From: Lytechinus pictus | Taxonomy: Eukaryota | Assembly: GCF_037042905.1 (NCBI RefSeq) | Contig: NC_087251.1 | Coordinates: 12,960,001 to 13,020,000, forward strand | Reading direction: 5' to 3' | DNA: 60,000 nucleotides | Shown: one piece after another, positions 18,601-32,422 of the stretch | Numbering within the stretch: position 1 is the stretch's first letter | Layout: every line of letters begins with the position of its first letter | Notes under the pieces: model-generated | The model's input: only the letters and a program-made list of their open reading frames with translations | Told to the model about the DNA's origin: nothing | Database searches by the model: none | Translations under genes and position numbers: made by a program

Positions 18601-21600
18601 TTTTCATGTTTAACCAGGCAGGCAAAGTATCATGGGAATTATGGCTTTAACTCTCATCTGAATGAATGTTAGTAATGGAAAGTTGAATGATGCATGATGT
18701 AGTGCCTTTTTTTATGAGTTTTTAACTTACTATCTGACATATGCCACAAAGGAACACAGTCTTTGTTACCTTATACTTTTTAATACTGTGCCATTTATGG
18801 AATGCTGAAGTTTTGTCATGTATGGAACCCCTGACTGATAATTTACATCATCTGCTTGGATCATTAGAATAGTACCGTGATGGCATACTCCCCAGTGAGT
18901 GGGGAATGTGTATACATTGACTCTGCTTATTAGGCTCATCATTATGTATGCAGTGACTGTTGAATATGAAAGTAAATCTTGTCATGCGGACTTGAAATTT
19001 GCCAAAGTGAACATATCTGATCCTTGATGCTGCTTTAGGTCATCTGAGTTAGTGGCCAGAAAACGCTGTCACCAATTGACGTAGGCACAACTACTGTTGA
19101 TCATGTAAATGCATAATATCATTGTTTTGGAAACTGTACGGCCTTTAAAGAGACTCTTATGTACAGGCCTTCTTTAAAAGGTCTTTTTGAAAAAAAACAC
19201 AGGTAACTATGCCCAAGTTAAACCTCTTGGGACTACGGTATACAGGTGTTTGACTTTTTGAGTTTTAGGTAATTGATACATGTGTTGCATCATCTGGTCT
19301 GAAAAATAGGTTTGACTTCGATGATTGCTATGGAGAGTTTAGTTTAAGTTTAGTGTTATACCAATGGAAGTAAAGTTTACTGCCTATGATTGGCAGGATT
19401 GCTTTCACCTGGGAAGCAAACATACTATCTGCTTGTCACAGACAAACTTGGATGTCTGTACCAAATCATAAAAATAGGAATATTTTTCTTCCGTATTCAT
19501 ATTACATACTTTGATGAGCATGTATCAAGCTTCAATATTTGTATTTCACATGCAATCAATGAATATTTCTTCTCTGTGGTGCTTTTTCATCTTCTATCAA
19601 TATTAGATGAGTGATGTAATTGAAGAAGACAGGTACTGAATGGCAAATAATTTGAATTTGTCTTCCAACTTTGAGAATAGAGTGAGCATCGCTTGATGAA
19701 AAAAAAAGAATAGAAATAGACAATGGATGCTGGCTTAGATAGTCTTAGCAATTTGATAAGGAGCTGAAAGGGGGCTTTTTATTGCATAAACAGACTCATG
19801 ATTCTTTTTATTAATTTATGTTTGTAATGGAATGGGATTTTTTACAGCCCCATTGTACATTGTATTTTACCTGTTTGTTATTCAACATCTTACGGAATAA
19901 GACACAGAATTACCCTTCAACGATGTTGATTGTGTTCATTCTTGTGGTGATAGGCAATCACATTTTCATGGAAGGATATTCAGAAAAGATTTATCAACCT
20001 GAAGAATTTGATAATAAAATTGTCTTATGTATATGTTTGCCACATTAGAAATATTCAACCAATGATACAAAATTTGCAATAAGCACTGATTTCATGAGAA
20101 AGTCTGTTAAACCAAGGTCAATTATCTGGTACAGTTACATAAACTAAACGTTTTGAAATCATGTAATCTAAGCTGAAAAACAATCACACTGAAGATTGTC
20201 AACACAGAGAAGCACATGTAGGAAAATGTATTATTATTGCATGGAAAAGACCCAACATCTAAGTGGAATGTGATGCTTACTAATTTCCCAGCAATTACGT
20301 AATTTCTTCCAAAATCCTTTCGCACATTTTAAAAATTTATCTGTCTTCATAAATTTGATGTGGTTGTTTTATTACATTCTGTAAGATCTCATTTTGAAAT
20401 CATTGCAACAACAAGAACTTGCATTCATCTTTTAGTTGTGTATTCAGGTTGTCTAACCAAATACTGCTCTGCCTACTATTGGACCCTGTATCATAAATCA
20501 TACAATCAATCATACAAACAATCAAAGCTATAAGCCTTTGACAAACCATCTACATAAAATCACAATTGTTTGTATACATTGATTGTATCTCTCCATGTTA
20601 TAGGGTCCAGAATAACTAAAGAGACTGATACTGTGATTTTAGCAATGGAAATATATGCATGGTATATTCAAAATGGCTACTCTGATACCACATGAGAATG
20701 CTCCCTGGTGGAGACAACAAAATTGTGTGTAGTCTGCAATGCAAATTCATGCACAATGTAGAGTAATTGGATCAATCACTTTATTGAAAATTGTTTGATA
20801 CACAGATCTACAGATTGTAATTTGTATGAATATTGGTTACATATGGATGAAAATCTATACAGTGTCAGTTGCTTGATATTTTGACAATAGTCTATGCAGA
20901 TCAAGTAAATGTTGAAGAGAAGGTTGTTTACTTTAGATATATAAAAACTATTTATTGGTTGTTTTGTAAAGGTCACCTTGTAGATTGGATAACTAAAAAA
21001 GTGAGTTCACATGCTGGTCTAGTACCAGATGAGACCTGGGGCCCTGTAACACAAATGCTAGCGAATGAACAGAAAATGAGTTTTTCATACTAGAGTGCAT
21101 TGATACAGTCAGTTTTTCAACCAATCACTATAAACTTTTTGCTACATGGCCCAGATTGAAAGCCATTTTAAACAGACAGTTGTGTCACTGATAAGATTTT
21201 CACAGGACTAGTTTTATTCACCCTTAGAATTGATTACATATCTCTTTTTGGTCCTTCTGACATACAGTATAAATCATTAGAGGGTTTGTCTGTTGTTTGA
21301 CTTTAAAAATCAAGGTATCAAATGTTAGTACACGTATGTATATCAATTCAGTAGAAAGTTTCTGAGACAGAAAGGGGGCTTCTCCCAAAGTTGGTTCAAT
21401 TTCTCCTAATCCCATGGACTCTGAAGATTCTTTTTTAGTAGAAAATGAATACAATCATGTGTTTTCCATCTCTTTCATCAAGAACAACAATGATAAGAAA
21501 AAAACAACATATAAACAATGGTAATATCAGTTATTGCTTTAATTATGAAAAGAAAACTTAAACATTCACCATGATATGGCACCAGAATTTGCACATGAAC

Positions 21601-24600
21601 CCACTGCTTAGTAATAATTACCAATAATAACTTCATTTAAAGACTCTATAAAGTGTCTACTTTCATGGGAAATTTGATACCATCACAGTGTTCACTTAGT
21701 AACTGGTGGTATCAATCGCCCAGCATGGAATGCTGTGTACATTGAATAAATGGAATCATATGATGAAGTCATGATTGATCTACATGTACATACAGTGCTC
21801 AAATCAGACTAATGAATGTCTAAAAATGGGACAGCCTGTCTGATGGGACAGTATAATTGGCTGAACCCTGGTGTCATTGTATTCTTAGTGCATTTCTGGT
21901 GTCAGCAAATGATGATTTTCTCCCAACAAAAGCTCAAAACAGACTGACTATACAAGAATGTTAGGGGATGTATTATAGGATAGTTTTTATCAATTGTAAA
22001 GTAATCTTTAATGACATAAAAATATGTTTGCTGAAATCCCCTAAAAATGTTGAAAACTGCAAGTAATGTTTTAAAAATATAAATTATAGACATTGTTATG
22101 TCATCTACACCACTGAGGTTTTTTCATGTGATCAATTTTTGGAAATTTACAGAACCCTAATTTTACAGCCAGTTTTCTAAGCTTGAATTTGTATTATAAA
22201 TTCAGCATAAATTAGTAAAATTAAGAGAGAGTGCATTCCTTTCTTGTCAGATATATTTATCATGTACAAAAGATATCAGTATTTTTTTCAGTCTTTAGTG
22301 GAAATTGCTCTTCTCTTTACATCATAAAGAGGTGTCTGTATAGTGTTAGTTGTAATAGCAGTATCCTATATTTTATATTGTACAGAGAGTTTGACGAATT
22401 GTATTTTCTTAACTATATTTCAAACATTATTTTATTTAATATGTGCTAAGCACAGTAAAACAGTTCATTTTTTAATGTTTTGAAGTTCAAGCTACGTCTG
22501 CCAATCCTCTTGGTCTCTTATTACTTGTCAAAATCACAGCCGAGTAGACTAAAATTACATAAATGGTTAAATCCCATGAAAAGTTGTCCACCCAAGGGAT
22601 AATAAGTCCAATCTGGGTGGTGTGATATTGAATTTGTTCACCAAAGTCTCATCTAAATGTATGTTCATTTGCCTTGTGTAACGATTCATGGAATAACCAG
22701 TCTGTCCCAAGGGGAGCTGGCCTGGACTCCTGGAAGTCTCTTCATATGTTTTAATGGAATTGTGTTGGATACAAAATGGGACTGTTTTTATCATGTGAAC
22801 AAAACAAAAAAACCTTTGGTAGGCATGTTGGTGCATATGATTCAGTTACGTTTAATTTTTCTTTGCTAGAATTACAAATTTATTTTGTTCTTCTTAATTC
22901 AAATTTTAAGATTTCTTTCTAATGTGAATGGTTTGTGAGAAATCTAAGTCAGGATTTATGAGGAGTGATGTGACTTTTTAATTCATAAGAATTGTTTTAT
23001 ATTTATATTTAAATATTTTAAAGAAAATATTACATATTTAAGCAGTGTCTTGAGAGAAAAAGTGCATGAATGAACAACTGTATGTAATTAATTTTAGCCT
23101 ATCGAATTCCATTGTATTTACCATGTACTGTAATTTATGAAAATATGAAATTTGTAAATTGAGATTAGCATTTCAAACTATCATATTTTAGATACTTTAA
23201 TAAGATATATTGTATAGAAATCCCTGTGGCATTCTCAAACATATTGCACAATTTAACAGAGATGTAAAATATCTACTAGTTTTTTTTTTATTATTACTAT
23301 CATATATTCTATGGGACCAAACATACTAGCTTTTCTATATAGGTCTATGTATATAATATAAAAACTATATCATGATGTATATATAAGTCTATGTTACAAT
23401 GAATTTACAAATAATATTGAATTAAGAAAGAGTAATGATGTGAAAATATAGAAAATTTACTCATTTTATCAGTATCTGAAATTGTCAAATTTTGCTAATT
23501 TTCCAGAGCAGGAAGAATCTCGTCTTAGAAAGCTTTGTTCCTAAATGTTGTGCTTGCCGAGTTTACAGTTTTATGTAAATATATTATGTCTTTGGGTTTA
23601 TGAATTTACTATTAATGTCATATAATCAAATTTCCTATTTGTTATATAATTTTCTTTCCTGTTCTGGAGCACCGCTATCATCATGAGACATGATTACCTA
23701 TTTTCATTTTATATGGAGGGAGACATTGAGAGATAATTGCAATTATCCATTGATGCATTTTTTTTTCAGAGGAAAATTGGAACACAAGGAGTATAGGCCA
23801 TTTATTAATGCTATTGAAATTTATGCATATTATGTGGTTGTGAAGTGCCTGAATAAAAAAAAAGTTGATTTACATTTACCCATTACACCCTTTGTATATT
23901 AAAGTGTAAGGGGAAACCCGGGTGTAGTGGTCCACCTGCACTTCCCCAATCAGTTATATCTGGAGGAGAAACCTGTAGGTCATAGTGATCCAGTTCAACG
24001 TTCTCCCATGCGACAGGTGACTCCAAACTAATAATCATAATAACATGGTATATGTAGTTTAATCATATTTTATAAGATTTAAATATCAAATAATAGAATG
24101 TAGCAATGGGGCCTGCAAGCCATATTTCTTTAATCTCACATTACATAATTTTAAAGATAAATTCAATTTACATTCAGATCATGCTATTTCAATTACATTT
24201 GAATTAGTATGAGTAAAAACAAGAACCATTCATATTCAGATTATACACATAATTTACACAAAATTTTAGTAGCATTACAAAAATGGCCCGAAAGTGCTGG
24301 TAGGTGTGATATTAATCTTTGTTGCCATATCAGCTTTAAGAGCCAGGGGGTATGACCTGTTTAAGAATATATTTTTACATTAAGAATTGGTATATGATCA
24401 CCTCTCTTGTTCATTCAAACAGATAATTATACATTTATAGGTAATGATGTAGCTCATGTTTGTCTCTAATAGAAACTGTATTTTGTGATTGATTCTATAA
24501 AAGATATGAATATGGTCACATGAAATAAAGGTTGAATCCCTTTATTACTGACTGCAATGCAGTAGTCTGCTGGCTCAAAACCATGATTTTTGTAGAGTGC

Positions 24601-25798
24601 ATTACACAGAGTCTGAAAGTAGAGACTAGGTTCACCGTAGTGTTGCTAAGTTGACAGTCTCCACCTTAGACAATAGTTTCAAATTTCAATCTGCAATTTC
24701 AGACTAGTATGAAAGTATTAAAAAAAAACTGTGTTTTACCAAACTGTAGACCTTTTGGAGTATATAGAATGTAATTATTGTCATTGTGTCCCTCAAAGGT
24801 ATATAAAGGGCAACTTTCTTACCATTTTATCAGCTCAATACATACTATTTGATATTCATAATAAATTCCTTCTCTGGTTGAAAAGTGTTGTATTCTTTTA
24901 CTTTGTCTTGTAAATGAAAAATGTGTTGTTGAGGGTGTCATAATTTGCATTCACATACATGTACCTAAAAATAACCAGTATTTTTTTCTTTAATTCAGTA
25001 TAATTTGTTAGACATGTGGGAGCCCTTGAATATTTAACTTTTTGTTCTTAACATGATTCACATTATTGATGCGGAATTGCACGACATGAAATATATTTTT
25101 TCAAAATTATGATTTTAAATTGCATTTATTTCTGTATGTGAATGCATCTACTATCACATCCTGCATCAACCTTGAGTGATTAGTGATGTCACTGTAAAGT
25201 GGAGTAGTGGACCTATCACTGGACTGGGAACTATCAATGTTTGAGGTTCAGACAACTCGGGTCTCTTTGATCCAATGGTTATTGTTGGGAGAGGATAAAA
25301 CCTTGTGAAAATCAACAAAATTGGATGACAAATAACTTCTTGCACTTTGAAAACAGTTTTAAAGTTAGAGCAATTAATTTTATTTGTATTACCCACAGAG
25401 GTTTTCAATAAAAATTTTGCAAACTGCACAAGACATTATGCACATGTATGTATAGAAAATTCACAATACACAAAATATATATATCTCATTTCATAATTTC
25501 TGATAAAATAATTATCTGAGAACAATGGCTATTACAGCACCAATGTCATCAATAATTACCATACCATCCTTTAATATTGATTCTCCCATAGAAATTACTT
25601 TCTTACTATATTAGACAGTTATATTCAGAGTTTTCATATCAAGAACTTTCATAAATCTTCTCACTTTGGACCTAGAATCTGTCAAAGTCATCTATTTGAG
25701 TGAGGATAAATAAGAGGAAGATAATGCATGCTTTGCATGTTCTGGTCTAAAAAAGTACTATCATTTAACTCACAGCAAGTAGAATTATGCAGACATAA

Positions 25799-25949
25799 TA
25801 CCTCGGTCACATTTGCTCTACGGCGGCCTTACGGGGAGTCAAAAACAGCCATTTTAACATTTTCTACCATAGCTACATATAGGTAGTATGAATAATAATG
25901 AATAAAACAGCTGTTTTCGACTCGCCGTAAAGCAAATGTGACCGAGGTA
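25799..25949. mobile_element. Small Harbinger-like MITE
   Basis: Perfect TIR TACCTCGGTCACATTTGCT; TAA duplication on both sides. Confidence 0.88.
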
Positions 25950-26507
25950 TAACTATTTGAAAAAAAAAAGCCCACCTTGCATAATCTCAAGCCAAAGAAG
26001 TGATTCCTGATAACTAGGTATGAGATGTTTTAAAATAACCCAAAATACAGACACACTTTAATAAGCATCTTGATATGTACTGAATTGAGTATGATGGCCC
26101 AATACATCTTATGTATTACTTTATTGCTTTATTCATGTCTGTATTTCATGCTGTTTTAAATAATCACTAAGATACACAATAAAAATAGTATAAAACTTTT
26201 AACCACCCTTAAAAAAGGAGGAAAAAAAGAGCACTTCTAGATGCACTTTGTTTTCTCTTTCATAATTCAAATAATCAATTTGCTTGCCTTCATTAAAGAG
26301 CATTATCATTCATTAGAAACTACAATCAATATTCAAATCCTATAATTACTTGAGAACAAAAAAAAATTGAATTGTGATTAAAACGTACACAACACTGAAG
26401 GCAATAAGAAATGTTATGAATTATATAATCAATTTGAATACATTATTAACTTAAAGACTGTATATAAAATAATCTACAATATATCACACACAAAGTTGTA
26501 TTGTACA

Positions 26508-26790
26508 GTAGTGCAAAGGTTCTGACTCTCGCCTTATAATCAGAGGGTCTCGTGTTCGAATCCCAACGCGGCCAAGCATCCTTTGGCAAAGCATCAATCC
26601 ACACTTTGCCACTCTCCATCCAGATGTTAAATGTAGTAGTTAAGCTTTTCAATGAAGTAGTATGCTAAGCAATTAAGTCTTGGAACTCTTGTTGGAATGC
26701 TCTCCAAGGAGTTGAGAAAGTGCATACATTGTGTGCGGGTATGCCAGGATCCGATGACCAGGGTAATAATTGCAATGTAATATGAATGTA
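26508..26790 (+). mobile_element. tRNA-derived SINE
   Basis: tRNA-like head with B box GTTCGAATCC (26554-26563), followed by a body TTTGGCAAAGC...TTTGCCACTCTCCATCCAGATG shared with the SINE at 48121; end approximate. Confidence 0.75.
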
Positions 26791-27219
26791 ACTATTCTTG
26801 TTAATTTCATTCTCCAAACAAGCAGCCAATCATGATTGGTCCACACTGGATCTCTATGATGTACACGATGGCTGAAAGCAAAACAAGAACTGCATTTTTT
26901 AATTTCATTCGGCAAAAGAAGATGCATTTATGCCCAGGAGAGCCCTGCATCGTACACATCCAGAACACAAATAATGTAATATTTATATTGATTTGATAGT
27001 ATGGAAAGTGGAGGATGATACTTTCTCCCCTTGGATTATTTTGTTTGTCCCATACATCAAATTTGCACTTTGAAATTTCCTTTATTGTTACCAACAGGGA
27101 TATGAATTCAATTAAAATTATGTACATTATATCTGGTTTCTACCACAGAGGATCTTTTATTATAAGCATTTAATAACATACCTTGCTTAATATAATATAT
27201 ACATGCACAGTAGGCAATA

Positions 27220-27357
27220 CTAGCTAGATTCCTTGATGTCTGATGTTTTATCCCTTACAGCCTTCATTTGTCTTACTGCTGAGTCTGTAATACACTTCTT
27301 GAATGCTGCTACATGGTCTTGGCATTTCCTCCAGTCACGATTATCAGCCATGCATTC
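27220..27357 (-). CDS. COA4: COA4 coding exon 2
   Basis: poly-T + tag acceptor; ECMADNRDWRKCQ...IKESS*. Confidence 0.92.
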   Translation of the reverse strand, partial: ECMADNRDWRKCQDHVAAFKKCITDSAVRQMKAVRDKTSDIKESS

Positions 27358-30207
27358 CTAAAAAAAAACAATCAAAAGATATTAAATCCTGGAGTTTGAC
27401 AAGTAATTTTTATTCGCAAAACACATTGGTATGGTGTAGAACTAACTTTATAAATTATTCCTGAAGCAGCAATATTGCAGGGTTCAGCTTTTCCACTTAT
27501 CAAATGTAACAAAATTTATAAATCAAGGTATGATATAACAAGATTATAATAATATAACAATGTTTATACCGGTATTACTTTTTTATTTTTTGATTATACA
27601 TTGTACTATAAGCTCTCACCTTAAACATGATTCATTTATTGGTCTGATATAAGTATGTTTCAAAAGTGAACTGGACAATGTTTAAGTTGCTTATTTCCTC
27701 TTGATATAGCAGATGAATATTTGATTTTTATTTGCAGTCAGTTCCTACTAGTTATTCATCATATGCACTGGCCACAAACTTAATTGAAATCTTGAAATTA
27801 TTACTTTTTTAAATTCAAATCAAAGTTAACGGGCTACATTATAGATCTATATTTTTTACTTCCCACCAAAACGCCAGTAGAGAGGGCCTCACTTAAATAT
27901 GCTGAAAGTATTAGAGAGATTAATCAATATCTGTCATAAGCATGTGTGAGTTGGTTGAGATGTTATAGCTTTGCATAATGTGTTAAATATTCATGAAGTT
28001 TAATCTTTGACGGAACTATTCTGACGCCGGGAAGAAATGAAAATTTAAGGAAAATAGCTGCCCCCGGCTCACCCGCTTTCCTATTCAGACCAAATAAGAT
28101 GTAAATAACATTTTAAAGTTTCGCTTATTCTTTTCACAAAAAATGGGCACCATTGTTTTTTTTTTTTCCAATATGAAAATGACTGACAAAAGCTTTTTCG
28201 GAGTAAGAAAGTTATATAGAATTCTAGATCTATTTCTTTCAGATTTTTATGAGATTTTTGGTAGTTTATTTGGTACACTTAGACACCGTTCTCACTACTG
28301 TCCTAAAACTTGTTTAGTGGAAACTAGTTTAACATGAGAATAGTCAGAGCGGTCTTGGAAGCAATCTTCCAAACCGGTTCAAAAAAACACTTCACGATGT
28401 AGCAAAAAACCATTTCGCTTTGCCTCGTTAAACTGGTTTTAGCGTGAGGACACAACCGTTCTTCGGGAAGCGATCTTTGTACATTTCAAGCGCCACTGCA
28501 CACACTGTATGTGGAATGCCTACACAGCGGTTTCAAATTTCGTGTGAAACATGTCACCTACTGAGAGTGTTCCCATCCCATAGCAACAAGACGGCTTTCG
28601 TGAAGTGGTTTTGAAAACCACTTTTGGGTGATCAAATGAGAACGATAGCAAAGCGAGATTCCAAACTGGTTTCCTGAACTGTTTTCCAGAAAACCAGTTT
28701 TAGAAAGTAAAATGAGAATGGTGTCTTACTCTTACTCATAAGATAAATTTTTTGTTGTGAATTAAAAAGAAATTCATGTTAAATCTTTAAGGAGAAATAT
28801 ATTGATTATAAATATATGGTCTTATTATATATTAATGGAAAGGTATAATGATTTGGGGATTATCATTAGGTCATTTGAAAATAACGAAAATTATACATAT
28901 GGTGGAAATCGCCAATTAAAAATCGCTAAAATGCCTCGCCGAAATATGCCTCAGATCGGTCTCTGAATTGACTCGAATTACTATAAATGACGTGTATGAT
29001 GGTACCAGAGACATGATTGGCTCTCCTACATCAAGCTCCACTCACGTGCAAAACCTAATGCAAATGCTAGTGAGTGTGCAATTTCTCTACACTGACACTG
29101 AATGGTTCGATCATGAAATGGAAGAAAATCCTGAAGTTACATTTTATATGCCGCGGTTGAGACCCCCCTTTTCAGCCTAAATTTCTGTTCCAGAGCATCA
29201 CCCATTAAGGCAGCCATAGAAATTCCCATTTTTTCCCGTTCCGGAGACCCTCAAATTTGTGATTTCTCGCTCCAGAGAGCATCCGATCGCATCGTCATGA
29301 TCTACTCAGCCAGTCAGAGCGGTGAGCTCGATAAGCACGAGCCGAGCCATTATATGCCGGCGCACCTAAGCTCCCCGAGCCAGCAGCTAGTTTGCACTGG
29401 CCCGATATGAATCCGTATGAATCTAGCAAGACACACACGCGTTTTTTTTTACAAAGCTGCTACTGATTATGCCTACGATCTAACGTTAATGAGTTCCAGA
29501 GACCCCCGTTTTTTTATGTGGTCCGTTCCAGCTAGAGCAAAGCCATTGGCATTGCATTTTTATCAATCGTTGATCCAAGAGCTTCTTCGGAGCGGAGGCC
29601 CTCATTTTATGACCAATATTTTGTTCCAGAGCCCCCTATTTTCTATTTTCGAGTTGGCGCGGCACATAGGTATCCACTTGCCAATGAAAGTGGCCACCCA
29701 ACTTCCCCCCCCCCCCCCCCGGTATATGAACATCATCATGAATTTTCATTAGGTGGGCTGAGGCTGATGTCATGTTCCCGCTTCCCCTTTTTTTAATGGC
29801 ATTACGGTACATGAAATAATGAAAATTGTCTGATTTTTTTCTGTCAGTTCAAATCATAATTTGTGGAGAGCGCTAGGCTAAAGTTAATCTCTTTGACCTG
29901 CTTGCTGCAAGCACCAGTACAGCGGCCCAGATACCGATACCACTGCATGCATGCGCATGCCCGGCGCAGTCCCGCGCGCCGCGCTGGCTGAGATGCCGGC
30001 GCGGCCGATATCCGCCCGGTACGTACCAGCACTCACGTCACTGGCAGACGGCCTTACCTGAACAGCGTAGTGGAGCTCCAAACAACCAGTCTGATTGATC
30101 ATTTTCTCTACTGGATCCTCTTCATCGTCTGGATCAGGCCTGGATCTTACATGGGGCTGAGGTGATGGCACTGCCTGATCTGGAGTACTAGACGTCTCAT
30201 TTGTCAT
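27220..30207 (-). CDS. COA4: Cytochrome c oxidase assembly factor 4 (CHCHD8), 95 aa; complement(join(27220..27357,30058..30207))
   Basis: DDEEDPVEKMINQTGCLELHYAVQ|ECMADNRDWRKCQDHVAAFKKC: twin CX9C motif with the EEDP...GC...EC...DWR.CQ...FK.C signature of COA4; canonical GT-AG phase-0 intron. Confidence 0.93.
28282..28725. mobile_element. Harbinger-like MITE
   Basis: TIR GACACCGTTCTCA / TGAGAATGGTGTC; TTA duplication; internal AAACTGGTTT-type repeats. Confidence 0.8.
28787..29143 (+). repeat. Diverged partial copy of the left end of the foldback element at 6437
   Basis: Colinear similarity to 6435-6770 (AAGGAGAAATATATTGATTAT...GGTCTCTGAATTGACTCGAATT...GAAAATCC.GAAGTT). Confidence 0.85.
29151..29722. 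mobile_element. GC-rich interspersed element ending in poly-C + GG (truncated DNA transposon)
   Basis: Repeated TTCCAGAG motifs; CCCCCCCCGG end; TATATG on both sides (may be coincidental). Confidence 0.5.
30058..30207 (-). CDS. COA4: COA4 coding exon 1
   Basis: ATG at 30207, donor gtaagg; 50 codons. Confidence 0.88.
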
Positions 30208-30514
30208 TTTCAATATATAGAGAGTGTTAGTAGTTTGTGCATGCGTAGCCGTAGACAGTTGCATGTTTAGTTATCTAGTTAATAAGCAGCGTACGTAGCG
30301 TCGCGTCGCTACCGGCACGGTAGTCTCTTGATCAGCCACGCCGCACCGCGAATGGCTGCCTTGGCGGGGTACAGCTCAGCTATATAGTGTGTGTTTTGGG
30401 AGTTATTTTGTAGTTGTACAGGGCCAGGGTTGGTGTTATCATGAAATGAACGTTACTGCATTAACAATTAGACCTAACATTAGAAGAAGATAGACTAGAA
30501 GAAGGAACAGGATC
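30208..30514. promoter_or_regulatory. Probable bidirectional promoter COA4/DTD2 (CpG-rich)
   Basis: Divergent genes; local CpG enrichment (cgtacgtagcgtcgcgtcgc, cgccgcaccgcg) against an AT-rich background. Confidence 0.55.
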
Positions 30515-30539
30515 ATGGATGAGGAGAAAAAGTGTACCG
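30515..30539 (+). CDS. DTD2: Possible upstream coding micro-exon of DTD2 (MDEEKKCT-G)
   Basis: ATG in ATCATGG context; donor gtaata at 30540; phase-1 join to the 32385 acceptor is in frame with DTD2. Confidence 0.4.
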
Positions 30540-32161
30540 GTAATACTGTAGGGGGGGGGGGCAGAATGTGAGTGTGGGTGGTCCCCAAGTCTGCGCACCT
30601 AACGATTAGAGTTACGATTTAACAAACATGAATTTCATTTTAATTTCACAAAATCTTTCAGTTAATTATGTTCCTTTAATTATTACGAGTAAGTGTGCCA
30701 AATATCTCATCAAAATTGGAAATTATTAGATGATTTTCTTGATAAAAGCAGTAATTTTCACATAAAACGAAAAAATGGTGCCCCATGTCAGCGCACCCAT
30801 TCACTTTGCATGCGATCCAAGGATTTTTATGAGAAAGGCTGCATTTTGAGGCTGTCATATGAAATGCCCAAAATTCATTACCACCATTTTGAGTCGTATT
30901 TTTTAATGAATAGCTGTCAATAGATGCGTATAGTTTGTGCTTGTTTTGTTCTTTTATGGTACTAGAATTGCGCAGATACGCATATCCGCAGACAGACTTG
31001 GGAGACCTTGCCATACACATGTATCTCATTGGTGGCATGAAGCAGAATTTCAATTTTATAAGGTCCCTCCCCCGGCCAAGTCCACGCCAACAAAAAAGGA
31101 AATCTTAATTCAGTGTAATTTTTTGTCATAAGACAAATAAATTTGCTTCATGAGATGATGGCCACGATTGCCATATTGGCCAATTTTCATGATAATAAAA
31201 TTCTAAAAATAATTATTTTTTATTATGAATAAAAGGTGCAATTTGTGAAAAACATTTGCAAATTTAACACCCAATTTCACTTCAATTTTTTTTTTTTTTT
31301 CCAGATGTGTAATCTAATTTTAAGGTTTCCACAAAGAAAAATTGTGAAAGCCAATTTTTTTTTCCTTATGTATTTTTTTGCTTTTAGAATTTATGTATTT
31401 CTTTGTTTTTTCTTTTGTTTTTCATTGTTTTTTCTATAGAAACTATTACAGACCACTTAACAACTGAATTTAACCCTAAGTTAATTCAGCAGACCAATTA
31501 AAACGAAAAATAATCACCCTTTTATGAATTTCATCTCCTATAGACTTTGTACACAAAGTATAAAAATGAGCTATTTTCGACATGTCTCGTATGAAGTCAC
31601 CTGTATGTCACAAATTTGGTCTCAAAAGTTGCGCGAGACTTTGAAGAAAAATTCTTAAAATTTTGCAACGCTATCTTATTGCGTTTTGGAAATATCGCGC
31701 TCAGTGTCGAGGGGGCCCATCATGCCCCCCCCACCAGTCAGATACTCTAGACCTACATCAATGAAAAGATATGCTTCCCCTCTATCATTTAAAGCCCATC
31801 TCAACATTTATAATGCATGCATGACTGAGTTAGATCAATGCTGCTACCAAATTTTAATTTGCACTAGAAAATTACTATTTTGAGTGGGTTTTTCTGGCTT
31901 TTCAGTACTGCTATTTATTTGGAAAACAAAGTTAATAATTTGAATATCCATCTTTTCCTCTTCCATATGAAACATGCGTAAAATATGAATGATCGAGAAA
32001 AAGTGCATGAAAACATGCTTCATTCTTCCTTTTAGACAGATCGTTGAAAAGCAAGCATTTCGTTTTTCAACAAAGCAGCAGATAGTATTTAAAAAAATCA
32101 GGCATATATTTTATGTTTTTTCAATATTTAATTAATTTCCACAGTCCATTCTGATGGTATA

Positions 32162-32338
32162 CAGGTAACTCTGCCTAAGTCAAATCTCTTGGGACTAGAA
32201 AAATCTGTTAGACTTAGGCAAAATTTGACTTAGAAGAGGTATTATAACACATTTTTTTTTCAATCTGGTCTAAAAAAAATTACATCAACTTGGGCAATTA
32301 TTTGACTTATGGCAGGTCGACTTAGGCAGAGTTTCCTG
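32162..32338. mobile_element. Tc1/mariner-pogo-like MITE
   Basis: TA|CAGGTAACTCTGCCTAAGTC...GACTTAGGCAGAGTTTCCTG|TA; degenerate relatives near 19198 and 32590-32720. Confidence 0.82.
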
Positions 32339-32422
32339 TATTTGTATTCTATTATGTTCAACTGAAGTTGATCTATTCTTTTAGGGATTATGCTCTATTT
32401 CCATCCAGTAACGAGCTTCTTA

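Noticed and set aside
26508..26580. tRNA gene
   Set aside because: Has a B box but no convincing acceptor stem, and continues into a body shared with the 48121 copy; SINE head
30208..30264. Upstream in-frame ATG extending COA4 by 19 aa
   Set aside because: Extension has no COA4-like character, and the ATG at 30207 has a good AAAATGA context and gives a typical length; cannot be excluded without TSS data
30560..31750. Possible additional transposon(s) in DTD2 intron 1
   Set aside because: Looks repeat-derived (resembles parts of 44050-44787 in reverse), but termini and TSD could not be defined by eye
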